Positions 1 to 9,778 of a stretch of DNA of 64,000 nucleotides are shown one piece after another. Position 1 is the first letter of the stretch; every line of letters starts with the position of its first letter. Source of the stretch: Clostridia bacterium (GTDB lineage: Bacteria; Bacillota; Clostridia; TANB77; CAG-465); contig JAUNGP010000003.1 of the NCBI GenBank assembly GCA_030524345.1, forward strand, positions 3,775 to 67,774, read 5' to 3'. Both the position numbers and the translations under genes were made by a program. The notes under the pieces are model-generated. The model was not told where the DNA came from and searched no databases. It saw only the letters and a program-made list of their open reading frames with translations.

Positions 1-237
1 TTTACATGCTTCTTTTGCATCATCATTTCCCATAGGACTATTGACAAAACTTGCACCAACTATATATTCACCAAATTTAAAAGTAAATGCATTTGTTTCC
101 TCATCAAATTTTATATCTACATTGTATCTTCTGATTAACGTAGCGATCATTTCAATTATATGAAAACTACCATCTTTAAGTAATAAATATCCCATTATAC
201 TATTACTAGTTCTTACATCATTTTCTTTCATTTCCAT
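1..237 (-). CDS. hypothetical protein, N-terminal part (ORF runs off the left edge)
   Basis: Absent from the ORF track. Reverse-strand ATG at 237..235 follows an AAGGAGAAG RBS, and the frame stays open to position 1 (MEMKENDVRTSNSIMGYLLLKDGSFHIIEMIATLIRRYNVDIKFDEE...). No family recognised. Confidence 0.5.
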   Translation of the reverse strand, partial: MEMKENDVRTSNSIMGYLLLKDGSFHIIEMIATLIRRYNVDIKFDEETNAFTFKFGEYIVGASFVNSPMGNDDAKEACK

Positions 238-259
238 CTTCTCCTTTGTTCCTTCTCAA

Positions 260-748
260 TTAGCTATCAAAATATTTACTAGTTTCTTCTAATTCACTAA
301 AATTAACTTGTTTTTCTGCCTCATAAGCAACAATTGCAACACTGTTTGACAAATTAAGAGATCTAATTCCCTCTCTCATGGGAATTCTAACTGCTCGATC
401 AAAATTTTCTAAAATATAATCTTCTGGAAGTCCCCTCGTCTCTGGGCCAAAAACAATATAGGAATCTTTGGTATATTTAACATCACTATAAACTTTTTTA
501 GACTTAGTAGAGAGTAAATATAAATCTTTTGTAACTACTTTTTCTTTAAATTCTGCTAGATTCTCATACACGATAATATTTAGCTTATCCCAATAATCAA
601 GTCCAGCTCTTCGTACAGCCTTTTCGGATATATCAAATCCTAGTGGTTTTATTAAATGTAGGGTTGCGCCAATTGCAGCACAAGTTCTAGCTATATTTCC
701 TGTATTTTGTGGTATTTCTGGCTCGACTAATACAATATTAAGTGACAT
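260..748 (-). CDS. trmL: tRNA (cytidine/uridine-2'-O-)-methyltransferase TrmL (SPOUT family)
   Basis: 162 aa. MSLNIVLVEPEIPQNTGNIARTCAA.., GLDYW, FGPETRGLP and IPM..IRSLNLSNSVAIVAYE match YibK/TrmL closely along the full length. Confidence 0.9.
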   Translation of the reverse strand: MSLNIVLVEPEIPQNTGNIARTCAAIGATLHLIKPLGFDISEKAVRRAGLDYWDKLNIIVYENLAEFKEKVVTKDLYLLSTKSKKVYSDVKYTKDSYIVFGPETRGLPEDYILENFDRAVRIPMREGIRSLNLSNSVAIVAYEAEKQVNFSELEETSKYFDS

Positions 749-1259
749 TTTTCTTCTCTTCTATAATAGGTTTTACTTTTTCTTCTAATACTTCATCATA
801 GTCTACCCAGTCACTAACATTAATCACTCTATAACCACACTCAGAGCCTATATCCTTTGCTATTATTTTTTCAATTCCCGCATTTATAATGACTCTTTTA
901 CACATACTGCAAGAATCTGTATATGCCGTATAACCACCACTTGCCTCTTTTCCAACCAAGTATAAAGTTCCGCCCAACAAATCTTTTCTTGCAGCACTAA
1001 TAATAGCATTTTGTTCAGCATGAACAGATCTACAAAGCTCATACTTTTCCCCACTTTTTATATTTAATTTCTGTCTTGCACAATATCCTAAATCAATACA
1101 ATTCTTTCTACCACGAGGCGCACCTGTATATCCAGTAGATACAATTTCATCATTTTTGACAACCACTGCTCCATAGTTTCTTCTAATACAAGTACCTCGT
1201 TCAGCTATCGTATCTGCTATTTTTAAGTAATAATTAATTTTATCAACTCGATTATCCAT
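738..1259 (-). CDS. comEB: deoxycytidylate (dCMP) deaminase, ComEB type
   Basis: Zinc-deaminase motifs HAEQNAI and CSMCKRVIINAGI are present. The gene overlaps trmL by 11 nt. Confidence 0.85.
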   Translation of the reverse strand: MDNRVDKINYYLKIADTIAERGTCIRRNYGAVVVKNDEIVSTGYTGAPRGRKNCIDLGYCARQKLNIKSGEKYELCRSVHAEQNAIISAARKDLLGGTLYLVGKEASGGYTAYTDSCSMCKRVIINAGIEKIIAKDIGSECGYRVINVSDWVDYDEVLEEKVKPIIEEKKNVT

Positions 1260-1291
1260 AAAAACAATACCTCACTTTATCATCTTTTAAA

Positions 1292-1320
1292 ATTATATCA
1301 TTTAACAAATTTAAAGTCAA
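1292..1320 (-). promoter_or_regulatory. sigma-A type promoter for comEB-trmL
   Basis: Reverse strand reads TTGACT, 17 nt, TATAAT, with TGn immediately upstream (ATGATATAAT). Confidence 0.55.
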
Positions 1321-1352
1321 CGAGAAAATAAAATCAAATCCATATTTAATAT

Positions 1353-1391
1353 GGAATTTATATATTTGTAATTTACAAATATATAAATTCC
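1353..1391 (-). terminator. hairpin terminator after the PG-binding protein gene
   Basis: Perfect 18-bp inverted repeat GGAATTTATATATTTGTA / TACAAATATATAAATTCC with a 3-nt loop, 26 nt downstream of the stop at 1417. Confidence 0.6.
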
Positions 1392-1416
1392 AGTATAATC
1401 TACTGGAATCTTAAAT

Positions 1417-2022
1417 TTAATCGAATATAGCTGGAGGTTTTTTACCAATTGAAACATTATATAATGTTTCCCAAGTAATCTGTCCTACAATACCATCTTG
1501 TTCTAAATTAAACAACTTTTGAAATTCTAAAACTGCACTCTTTGTCTTAGGTCCAAATACACCATCTACTAAAAGTTTAGGGATTGTAGGATACTTCTCA
1601 GAAACCATGTTAAGATATTTTTGTAAATCATTTACCATTTTCCCCTTACTTCCTTCAGATATAACGTTACTAGATTCATCAAAAGAGGTTTCTTCCCTAC
1701 TTTTAACCACATCTTTTTTACTAGATAATATATGAATTCTATTCCATAAAGCTCTATTTACATTACCAGTTGGTTCTGCTCCCATTATTTTTTGTAATTC
1801 AGTCACCGCTTTTCTTGTCATATCATCATAATTTGAAGTAATATTTACAACAGGTATGCTAGAATAATCTTCTGCTATTGTCACAAGCATTTTCTGTAAA
1901 TTTTCAACATCTTCTCCTCTACTTCCACTTGCCATTATAATTTGGTTATAATTATCATTTGATCTAATATTCATATATTTTCTCATACTCATTCCTTTTC
2001 TTGTATTCCTATTAAATTGCAT
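1417..2022 (-). CDS. protein with two peptidoglycan-binding (PG_binding_1) repeats
   Basis: Two copies of the G..G.DV..LQ..L...DG.FG..T..AV..FQ pattern (GSRGEDVENLQKML.., VDGVFGPKTKSAVLEFQKLFNLEQDGIVG). RBS is AAGGAAGGTG. Confidence 0.7.
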   Translation of the reverse strand: MQFNRNTRKGMSMRKYMNIRSNDNYNQIIMASGSRGEDVENLQKMLVTIAEDYSSIPVVNITSNYDDMTRKAVTELQKIMGAEPTGNVNRALWNRIHILSSKKDVVKSREETSFDESSNVISEGSKGKMVNDLQKYLNMVSEKYPTIPKLLVDGVFGPKTKSAVLEFQKLFNLEQDGIVGQITWETLYNVSIGKKPPAIFD

Positions 2023-2084
2023 ATCATCACACCTTCCTTAAATCTACTAAATTATATGGAAAAATACTATAAATTATTCATTTC

Positions 2085-2113
2085 TTGTTTTTTTTCATGA
2101 TTAATGTTATAAT
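2085..2113 (+). promoter_or_regulatory. sigma-A type promoter for the lipid kinase gene
   Basis: TTGTTT, 17 nt, TATAAT, with a TGT extension. Confidence 0.5.
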
Positions 2114-2136
2114 TTTTATATATAATGGAGGCTTTT

Positions 2137-3024
2137 ATGAAACATATGATATTAGTAAACCCAGTCTCTGGCAGACATAGTGGGCTAAAGCATGGTATTG
2201 TAGTTCAAAAACTATTAAAAAAATATAATATTGATTCCAGTATAATTGTTTCTGAATATCCAGGTCATCTTACAAAGCTTACAAAAGATATTACAAGCAA
2301 AGAAAAAAGTAGAATTTATGTTATTGGTGGAGATGGTAGTTTAAACGAAGTAATATGCGGACTCATAGGAACAAACTCAGAACTTGTTATTATTCCATGT
2401 GGAACTGGAAACGATTTTGTAAAAAGTATCTCCAAATATAGGAGCCTAAGAAAAATTGTTGTAAATTCAATCAACAAGGAGGCTTCCAAAACAGACATAT
2501 TAAAATTAAATGATAATAAATATTGCATCAATATTGTCAATTCTGGATTTGATGCCATGGTTGCAAAGAATGTAGATAAATTTAGAAAATTTCATTTTAT
2601 ATCTGGAAAAATGAAATATAATATCTCTATATTCTATACTTTGATTAGGAACAAAAATTATAAATTTAAAATACGAATTGATGATCAAAAAATATATAAA
2701 GGAAATTATACACTTGCAGTCATAGCAAATGGAAAGTATTATGGTGGAGGTGTTAAACCTTGTCCTGATGCCCTTGTAAATGATGGAATTTTAAATACAT
2801 GTATTATAGATGCTACTAGCATTTTAACAAAAATATTTTTACTTCCAACATATAAAAAGGGAAATCATTTAGGTCTAAAGCAAGCGCATATTGATAAAGC
2901 AAAGAAAATATCACTTGTATCTAATCATAAATTTCCAGTCAGTATAGATGGCGAAGTCTTCTACACCAATAAATTATCCGCCGAAGTTTTAAAAGAGGCT
3001 ATCAATGTTGTACACATCTTCTAA
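2137..3024 (+). CDS. diacylglycerol kinase family lipid kinase (YegS/DagK type)
   Basis: Motifs GGDGSLNEV and GTGNDF are present. I place the start at ATG 2137, because the ATGGAGG at 2125 reads better as its RBS. The ORF track starts at 2125. Confidence 0.85.
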   Translation: MKHMILVNPVSGRHSGLKHGIVVQKLLKKYNIDSSIIVSEYPGHLTKLTKDITSKEKSRIYVIGGDGSLNEVICGLIGTNSELVIIPCGTGNDFVKSISKYRSLRKIVVNSINKEASKTDILKLNDNKYCINIVNSGFDAMVAKNVDKFRKFHFISGKMKYNISIFYTLIRNKNYKFKIRIDDQKIYKGNYTLAVIANGKYYGGGVKPCPDALVNDGILNTCIIDATSILTKIFLLPTYKKGNHLGLKQAHIDKAKKISLVSNHKFPVSIDGEVFYTNKLSAEVLKEAINVVHIF

Positions 3025-3036
3025 AAATGATATCAA

Positions 3037-3065
3037 AAAGGAGCTTATTTAAATTAAGCTCCTTT
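3037..3065. terminator. bidirectional hairpin terminator
   Basis: AAAGGAGCTTA / TAAGCTCCTTT stem between two convergent genes, with an A-run on one side and a T-run on the other. Confidence 0.7.
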
Positions 3066-3378
3066 ATTTGATATTTGACTCGTGATGGTCCTGCACTGAG
3101 TCTTTTTTCTTTCCCTTTGTAACAACTAATATAATCACGATCATCAGAATGACTGGAATTGCGACCACTAGTAAAACAATCACGCCTATTCCAAATAAGG
3201 TAATTACATTTCCCACTACTTTTTCAGAAACATCGGTAGCTTGTGTTATATTAGAAATACTATTATTGGATCTTGCAATATCAGGCACACTACTATCTCT
3301 AACAGTATAGGCATAAATATTTGGAATTCCTATCAAAAAAATCATTGCAATCAATAAAACACCTAAAAGCTTTTTCAT
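3064..3378 (-). CDS. small exported or membrane-anchored protein
   Basis: N-terminal signal-like segment MKKLLGVLLIAMIFLIGIPNIYA and a C-terminal TM segment followed by KGKKKD. No family recognised. Confidence 0.6.
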   Translation of the reverse strand: MKKLLGVLLIAMIFLIGIPNIYAYTVRDSSVPDIARSNNSISNITQATDVSEKVVGNVITLFGIGVIVLLVVAIPVILMIVIILVVTKGKKKDSVQDHHESNIK

Positions 3379-3474
3379 AAATATACCTCCTTAGAATCTG
3401 GAATATAGCATATGTGATTTATAAAAACAAGCCAAATGAAGTAATTTACACTCCAAATTAGCTTGCTCTTATCA

Positions 3475-4977
3475 TTATTCTTCGATTTCATCATCTATTT
3501 CAACATTATCTCTTCTTTTTAATAATGGATATAATACAACGTCCCTTATATTATAACTATTTGTTAAGAATTGTAAAAATCTATCAATTCCAAGTCCCCA
3601 ACCAGAGATTGGTGGCATACCATACTCCATTGCTTTAATATACTCATGATCAATACTCATGGCTTCTTCATCACCATTTTCTTTTAATTTATTCTGTTCA
3701 ATTAGTCTTTTTTCTTGTTCTACAGAATCTACCAACTCAGAATATCCATTGATAATTTCTTGACCATTTACAATTAATTGGAATCGATCAGTCAAACTTG
3801 GATTTTCATCATTGCTTCTTGCAAGAGGTGATAAATCAATAGGATGTTTTATTAAATAAGTAGGCTTTATTATTTTAGGTCTACTTACTTTTTTATAAAG
3901 TTGATCTATTAAATTTCCTCTTCCAAGACTTTCTATATTTTCAGCTTCAAGGACAATATTATTTCTTTTGATTTCCGCTAATAATTCTTCTGCAGTAGGA
4001 AACTTGTCTATATCAATTCCACAATCTTTCAATAATAAGTCTCTAAAGCTAACAATATCCCATTCTCCACCAAAATCAATTTCAGTGTCACCAATTTGAA
4101 CTTTTAAGTTACCATCAAATAAGTTAGATATTAGATATACTACCATTTCTTGTAGTAATTTCATATTATCTTCATAGTTATAATATGCACTATATCCCTC
4201 TATCATCGTAAAATCTTGTAAATGGTTTACACTAATCCCTTCATTTCTAAAATCTCTTGCTATTTCAAAAACATTCGTAAATCCACCTACAATTAATTTC
4301 TTTAAAGTAAGCTCTGGTGAAATTCTAAGATAAACATCAGTGTCATAAGTATTATGATGCGTAATAAAAGGTCTAGCTGTTGCACCAGAAGCAGTATTTT
4401 GTAATATTGGTGTCTCAACTTCAATAAAGCCTTTGTTTCCTAAAAATTCTCTCATCAATTTAATAAACTTTGATCTTAACAGAAACCTTTTTTTTGTTTC
4501 CTCATTCATGATCAAATCAAGGTGTCTTTCTCTATATAGCATTTCTTGATTCGTAATACCATGGAACTTTTCAGGCAATGGTCTTAATGATTTTCCTAAA
4601 AACTCATATTTTTTTACTCTAATTGTTTTCTCACCTGTTTGCGTAAGGAATGTCTCACCTTCAACTCCAATAAAATCTCCGACATCAACAGTTTCGTGAA
4701 TTTGTTTATATAGTTCTTCTCCAATTTCATCTTTTTTGATACATAGCTGAATTCTTCCTTCAATGTCTCTTAAATCCATAAAAGAAATTTTTCCCATTTT
4801 TCTTTTAGACATAACACGTCCAGCTACTCTTACGTTTTGAACGCCTTCTTCTAGATTTCTTGCATCTTTTAAGGAGTGTGTAACCTCAAACCTCTCGGGA
4901 TGAACATTCACACCATATTCTTTTAACTTTTCAACTTTCTCTTCACGAACCCTTCTAAGTTCATTTATTTCTCCCAC
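3475..4977 (-). CDS. lysS: lysine--tRNA ligase (class II)
   Basis: 500 aa with full-length LysS character (OB-fold N-terminus, FIEVETP, class II motifs, GLGIDR). Confidence 0.95.
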   Translation of the reverse strand: MGEINELRRVREEKVEKLKEYGVNVHPERFEVTHSLKDARNLEEGVQNVRVAGRVMSKRKMGKISFMDLRDIEGRIQLCIKKDEIGEELYKQIHETVDVGDFIGVEGETFLTQTGEKTIRVKKYEFLGKSLRPLPEKFHGITNQEMLYRERHLDLIMNEETKKRFLLRSKFIKLMREFLGNKGFIEVETPILQNTASGATARPFITHHNTYDTDVYLRISPELTLKKLIVGGFTNVFEIARDFRNEGISVNHLQDFTMIEGYSAYYNYEDNMKLLQEMVVYLISNLFDGNLKVQIGDTEIDFGGEWDIVSFRDLLLKDCGIDIDKFPTAEELLAEIKRNNIVLEAENIESLGRGNLIDQLYKKVSRPKIIKPTYLIKHPIDLSPLARSNDENPSLTDRFQLIVNGQEIINGYSELVDSVEQEKRLIEQNKLKENGDEEAMSIDHEYIKAMEYGMPPISGWGLGIDRFLQFLTNSYNIRDVVLYPLLKRRDNVEIDDEIEE

Positions 4978-4996
4978 AACAGTTGCCTCCTTTATT

Positions 4997-5476
4997 TTAT
5001 AATCTTTTGATTGACACGATTTTATATTTTACAACTCCACCTGGTGTCTCAACCTCTACTTCTTCACCTTTTCTCTTTCCCATAAGTGCTTTACCTACAG
5101 GTGACTCGTTAGATATCTTATTTTCAGCTATATTTACTTCTGTAGCACCAACAATTCCATAAGAAATCTCTTCATCAAATTCATAGTCATGTACAGTAAC
5201 TAAAGTTCCAACTCCAGCTTTTCTTGTAGATACATCATCATCATCTACTACTTTTGCAATTCTTAACATATTTTCTATCTCTAAAATTCTTGCCTCAAGT
5301 AAAGCTTGTTCATTCTTAGCATCGTCATATTCGGAATTTTCTGATATATCTCCAAATTCTCTTGCTATTTTTATTCTTTCAGCCACTTCCATCTTCTTTG
5401 GTCCTCTTAAATTCTTTAATTCTTCTTCTAATTTATTATAACCTTCTACCGTTAAAATGATTTCTCTTTCTTCCAT
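4997..5476 (-). CDS. greA: transcription elongation factor GreA
   Basis: Sequence MEEREIILTVEGYNKLEEELKNL...ENSEYDDAK...SNESPVGKALMG. The start at 5476 follows a GGGAGGAAAAAT RBS. The ORF track adds 12 unsupported residues. Confidence 0.95.
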   Translation of the reverse strand: MEEREIILTVEGYNKLEEELKNLRGPKKMEVAERIKIAREFGDISENSEYDDAKNEQALLEARILEIENMLRIAKVVDDDDVSTRKAGVGTLVTVHDYEFDEEISYGIVGATEVNIAENKISNESPVGKALMGKRKGEEVEVETPGGVVKYKIVSIKRL

Positions 5477-5529
5477 ATTTTTCCTCCCAAAATTAACAAT
5501 ATAATTATACACTATTTGTCAAGTATACA

Positions 5530-6435
5530 TTATTCATTTTTATTTGTAAATAAATTACCTAACTTATTTTTGCTAAATCTTTTCAAATCACAATTTATTC
5601 TATTAAATAAAGCTTCAATTTCATATTTATTCTTATTATAATTTCTAAATGAAAGACTTAGTGTATCTTGTTCTTCATTTTTCGTATCCAAAATTTTTAT
5701 ATTTCTATTTAGAATATAATGATCTCTAAATTGAGAAACATCTATATCACTATAAAAAACATATACATCATACTCAGAAATATTCCTTCTTTGAACTATT
5801 TCTATCGTTGTACCATATTCATCATTGATACTATCTATTTTTTCAGCCAAAGATTTATATTCTCTTTTAGATATACTATTCAATCTTAATATATCAACAT
5901 ATTTATATTTTTGGATATACTCAATCATCTTTTCTTGCTTAAAGTCTCTTACATTATTAATAGCAATTAATATACTAGCTTTATTGGTATTAATATTAGC
6001 TTTTTTCAGTATATTATCAACATATATTGTATCGCGCTTTAACATATCATTTGTTGTTGTTATATAAGTAATTTTTAGATAAGCTTTTAAAGTATCATCT
6101 ATTAATTTTTGTAAATACTTCTTATACTCTTTATTCTTATCTATCTTTTTGCTAAAAACAACAAATAGCTTTTTATCTTTTTTATATTCTTTCTTTAAAA
6201 GTATTTGAATTACTTTTTCATTCAATTTATGTTTATTCTTCAAAACAGAATCTAAAAAGTTTTGATCTATTTGAAGAAAAATATTTTTATTAAATTTATC
6301 ATTAGTAAAGTCTCTTATCATAGATATTTTTATGAATTTATTCTTTAACTTCATAAAAATATGTGCATCTTTTTTTATCTTATTTTCCAAGTCATTCACA
6401 TCAATAAAAATAGTATTCATATAAATTAATATCAC
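5530..6435 (-). CDS. hypothetical K/N/I-rich protein (alternative start at ATG 6420)
   Basis: Long ORF in the cdaA-greA string. It has no TM segment and no motif I recognise. Confidence 0.55.
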   Translation of the reverse strand: MILIYMNTIFIDVNDLENKIKKDAHIFMKLKNKFIKISMIRDFTNDKFNKNIFLQIDQNFLDSVLKNKHKLNEKVIQILLKKEYKKDKKLFVVFSKKIDKNKEYKKYLQKLIDDTLKAYLKITYITTTNDMLKRDTIYVDNILKKANINTNKASILIAINNVRDFKQEKMIEYIQKYKYVDILRLNSISKREYKSLAEKIDSINDEYGTTIEIVQRRNISEYDVYVFYSDIDVSQFRDHYILNRNIKILDTKNEEQDTLSLSFRNYNKNKYEIEALFNRINCDLKRFSKNKLGNLFTNKNE

Positions 6436-6507
6436 CTACCTAGTTTTCGTCTAAATTTATATATGAATAACAATTAAATTATATGAATATTATATCAAAG
6501 TAAGAGT

Positions 6508-7365
6508 CTATTTTTTAACAATACTTTTTATGGAATTAGCATTTTTAGTTCTGTCTAACTTTTTTAGGAGAAGATCCTTTAGCTGATCACTTGATAACTC
6601 TCTTGTAAGCTTTCCATTTTCCGCCAAGGAAATAATTCCCGTTTCCTCAGAAACTACAATTACTAATGAATCTGAGATTTCTGTAATTCCAACAGCTGCT
6701 CTATGCCTTGTTCCAAGATTTTTAGGAACTGATCCCTCGGAAGCAAGTGGTAAGATACATTTAGCAGCAAGTATCTGTGTTCCATCTATTACTATTGCAC
6801 CATCATGAAGAGGAGTTCTAGGCATAAATATATTTTGTAAAAGTTCAGAGGATACTTTAGCAGATAAATTGATTCCTTCGCGTAAAACTTCAGTTATTTT
6901 CGTTTTTCTCTCTATTACGATCAATGCACCAATTTGCTTTAAAGACATTATCTCTACTGCCTTTACGATTTCAGATATAGAGTGCTTTACTAATATGTTA
7001 TCATTCATATCAAAAACATCTACTATTTTACTTCTACCTAATTTTTCGAAAGCATTCCTAAGCTCCGGTTGAAATACTACAATTAGTATCAATATTCCAT
7101 ATGTCATAAAATTAGTCAGTAGAAAATTTAAGATAACCATATTACAAAGTTTAGACAATATAAATATGCCAAAAAGAAGCAAGACTCCTTTAAAAATTTG
7201 TTCAGCTCTTGTCTGTTTGATAAATTTAAACAGATAATATGCAATAAGTACTACTATTGTGATATCTGCAAGCAGTACTAAGTACCTTATCGGGCTAGTT
7301 AAGTCTAGTGCAGTTACAATGCTAGAAAGTATTGCATTAAAACTATCTGATATATTTTTTAACAT
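6508..7365 (-). CDS. cdaA: diadenylate cyclase CdaA (DisA_N domain, three N-terminal TM segments)
   Basis: Contains TPLHDGAIVIDG, GTRHRAAVGITEISDSLVIVVSEETG and a hydrophobic N-terminus. Confidence 0.9.
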   Translation of the reverse strand: MLKNISDSFNAILSSIVTALDLTSPIRYLVLLADITIVVLIAYYLFKFIKQTRAEQIFKGVLLLFGIFILSKLCNMVILNFLLTNFMTYGILILIVVFQPELRNAFEKLGRSKIVDVFDMNDNILVKHSISEIVKAVEIMSLKQIGALIVIERKTKITEVLREGINLSAKVSSELLQNIFMPRTPLHDGAIVIDGTQILAAKCILPLASEGSVPKNLGTRHRAAVGITEISDSLVIVVSEETGIISLAENGKLTRELSSDQLKDLLLKKLDRTKNANSIKSIVKK

Positions 7366-7401
7366 ATATATCCCCCTTATCTTTGGTTAATCCTAGTATT
7401 C

Positions 7402-7503
7402 CTACATAATTGCCGAAATTAATGCAGCAAACATAGAAAATACCATTGAAAATATCAATATTCCTACTACAGTATATTTTAATATGCTATTCTTTTTATT
7501 CAC
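7402..7503 (-). CDS. possible 33-aa single-TM micro-protein upstream of cdaA
   Basis: Below the ORF-track cut-off. GTG start 7 nt after AGAGGTGA. Peptide is MNKKNSILKYTVVGILIFSMVFSMFAALISAIM. Supported only by the RBS and hydrophobicity. Confidence 0.3.
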   Translation of the reverse strand: MNKKNSILKYTVVGILIFSMVFSMFAALISAIM

Positions 7504-7523
7504 TACCAAATCACCTCTTTGCA

Positions 7524-8906
7524 TTAAAACTCGAATTTATCTTCAAACCATTTTTCTAAATCATCAATTTTTACTCTTACCTGTTCCATAGAATCTCTAT
7601 CTCTTATTGTTACTGAGTTATCATTTTCTGATTCAAAATCATAAGTAATACAATATGGTGTTCCGATTTCATCTTGTCTTCTATATCTCTTTCCAATACT
7701 GCCAGCCTCATCATAATCCACATGATATTTTTTACATAACATATCATATAATTTATTTGCACCATCAGAAAGTTTTTTAGAAAGTGGCAATATAGCAATT
7801 TTTACCGGTGCTAAGAAAGGATGTAATTTTAATACAATTCTTGTATCGTTTTCAGATATCTTTTCTTCTTCATACGCATTACATAGGAAAGCAAGAGCTA
7901 CCCTATCGCACCCAAGAGAAGGTTCGATGCAATATGGCACATATTTCTCACCAGTATCTGGCTCCGTATATGTCATATCTTCTTTTGAAAATTCCATATG
8001 TTGCTTCAAATCAAAGTCAGTTCTATCAGCAATTCCCCAAAGCTCACCCCATCCAAATGGAAACGCAAATTCTATATCTGTAGTTGCGGCACTATAATGT
8101 GAAAGCTCCTCTTTTGAATGATCTCTAAGTCTCATATTTTCTTCTTTTACTCCCAAACTTAATAGGAAATTCTTACAATACTCTTTCCAATACGCATGCC
8201 ACTGTAAATCTGTACCAGGTTTACAGAAAAATTCAAGTTCCATTTGTTCAAACTCTCTTGTTCTAAATGTAAAGTTTCCAGGTGTGATTTCATTTCTAAA
8301 AGCTTTACCAATCTGAGCAATTCCCATTGGTATTTTTTTTCTTGTTGTTCTCATAACATTTTTAAAGTTTACAAATATACCTTGGGCTGTTTCAGGTCTT
8401 AAATATATAGTAGCTGTATTATCTTCAGTAACTCCCTGAAAAGTTTTAAACATTAAATTAAACTTTCTGATATCTGTAAAATTAGTTTTTCCACACTTTG
8501 GGCAAGGAATTTGATTATCTGAAATAAATTTTATTAAATCCTCATCACTCATTCCATCAGCAATCATATCTTTTCCTTGATTATGAGCCCATTCTTCTAT
8601 CATCTTATCAGCTCTATGCCTAGTTTTACACTCCTTACAATCAATCAGTGGATCAGAAAAACCGCCAACATGTCCAGAAGCCACCCAAGTTTGTGGATTC
8701 ATTAGTATTGCTGCATCCAATCCAACATTATATTTTGATTCTTGAACAAACTTCTTTTGCCAAGCCTTTTTAACATTATTTTTTAACTCAGAACCAAGTG
8801 GACCATAATCCCAAGTATTTGCAAGGCCACCATATATTTCAGAGCCGGGATATATATACCCTCTTGATTTACATAAGTTTACAATTGTATCCATTGAATG
8901 TACCAT
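7524..8906 (-). CDS. glyQS: glycine--tRNA ligase (homodimeric GlyQS type)
   Basis: 460 aa with [26 protein letters not shown] and class II motifs. The real start may be the internal MDTIVNL. Confidence 0.95.
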   Translation of the reverse strand: MVHSMDTIVNLCKSRGYIYPGSEIYGGLANTWDYGPLGSELKNNVKKAWQKKFVQESKYNVGLDAAILMNPQTWVASGHVGGFSDPLIDCKECKTRHRADKMIEEWAHNQGKDMIADGMSDEDLIKFISDNQIPCPKCGKTNFTDIRKFNLMFKTFQGVTEDNTATIYLRPETAQGIFVNFKNVMRTTRKKIPMGIAQIGKAFRNEITPGNFTFRTREFEQMELEFFCKPGTDLQWHAYWKEYCKNFLLSLGVKEENMRLRDHSKEELSHYSAATTDIEFAFPFGWGELWGIADRTDFDLKQHMEFSKEDMTYTEPDTGEKYVPYCIEPSLGCDRVALAFLCNAYEEEKISENDTRIVLKLHPFLAPVKIAILPLSKKLSDGANKLYDMLCKKYHVDYDEAGSIGKRYRRQDEIGTPYCITYDFESENDNSVTIRDRDSMEQVRVKIDDLEKWFEDKFEF

Positions 8907-8918
8907 TTAAAATCCTCC

Positions 8919-9713
8919 TTATTTATCAATTTCTATTTCCAATATGCCATACTTTTTATCTACTAATTCTTCAGGATTGAAGATTATATATAATTTATTC
9001 TCTTTTATATAAAAGTTTTCCAGTCCAGTAATTGTATATGTAAAGTCATCTTCACTCATCATTTGATTTTCTACCACATAATTTAAGACTTTTGATCTTA
9101 AAATTGTTTTATAATCCACTCCTAGAATTCCTCTTGCAATTTCTGATTGTGATATTTTTGCCTTATTTACCAAATCAACATTATATGTATTAATTTTTTC
9201 CATTGTTGTCTCACTATTTGCTAAATCAATAATTTTTTGATTGATTACTATTGATACTACTTTTTTTGAACCAACCATATTATCATAGTATGTATAGGAT
9301 ACCAAATACTGAAATTTGTTCTCAGCACTCCCCATTTGCTCTTTAAGACCAGCAAAAGTATCAGAATAGTCTTTTTCAATAGAGTCATTTACATCTGCTA
9401 ATACAATTCCTTCAACATATATTTCAGGTAGAGTTATCTTACCTGTTATTTTCTTATTTGTATTATCTTCTATGCTTCTATCTTTTATCTCATATTTTAT
9501 ACTAGCATTTTTTTCCTTTTCAGCTTCTAGAGAACTTGCATCTAATTCCACCAATTTTTGGATGTCAGACTTTTTTTCTCCTATAATAACAGGATCCTTT
9601 TCTGACTTCATTGCTAAAAATATCAAAACGCCACCAATTAATATAAATAAAAATAAGCCTATAGCTACTCCCTTAGAACTTTTTTTATTTTCAGTATATC
9701 TCATAGTTTCCAT
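8919..9713 (-). CDS. membrane-anchored extracytoplasmic protein (possibly DUF4163/DUF3298-like)
   Basis: One N-terminal TM segment (VAIGLFLFILIGGVLIFLAM) followed by a ~220-aa soluble domain. The family assignment is only by overall resemblance. Confidence 0.5.
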   Translation of the reverse strand: METMRYTENKKSSKGVAIGLFLFILIGGVLIFLAMKSEKDPVIIGEKKSDIQKLVELDASSLEAEKEKNASIKYEIKDRSIEDNTNKKITGKITLPEIYVEGIVLADVNDSIEKDYSDTFAGLKEQMGSAENKFQYLVSYTYYDNMVGSKKVVSIVINQKIIDLANSETTMEKINTYNVDLVNKAKISQSEIARGILGVDYKTILRSKVLNYVVENQMMSEDDFTYTITGLENFYIKENKLYIIFNPEELVDKKYGILEIEIDK

Positions 9714-9778
9714 TTCTATATCACCCTCGCGTATATTTTACTACATTTGTTTTGTTTTTTCAACATTTTTATTCATTT

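Noticed and set aside
7366-9000. I looked for T-box or other riboswitch leaders in front of glyQS, lysS and argS.
   Set aside because: glyQS starts 12 nt after the upstream gene, and lysS starts 19 nt after greA. The argS leader is only about 40 nt from its predicted -10 box. I saw no T-box sequence (AATTAGGGTGGTACCGCG-like) anywhere in the window.
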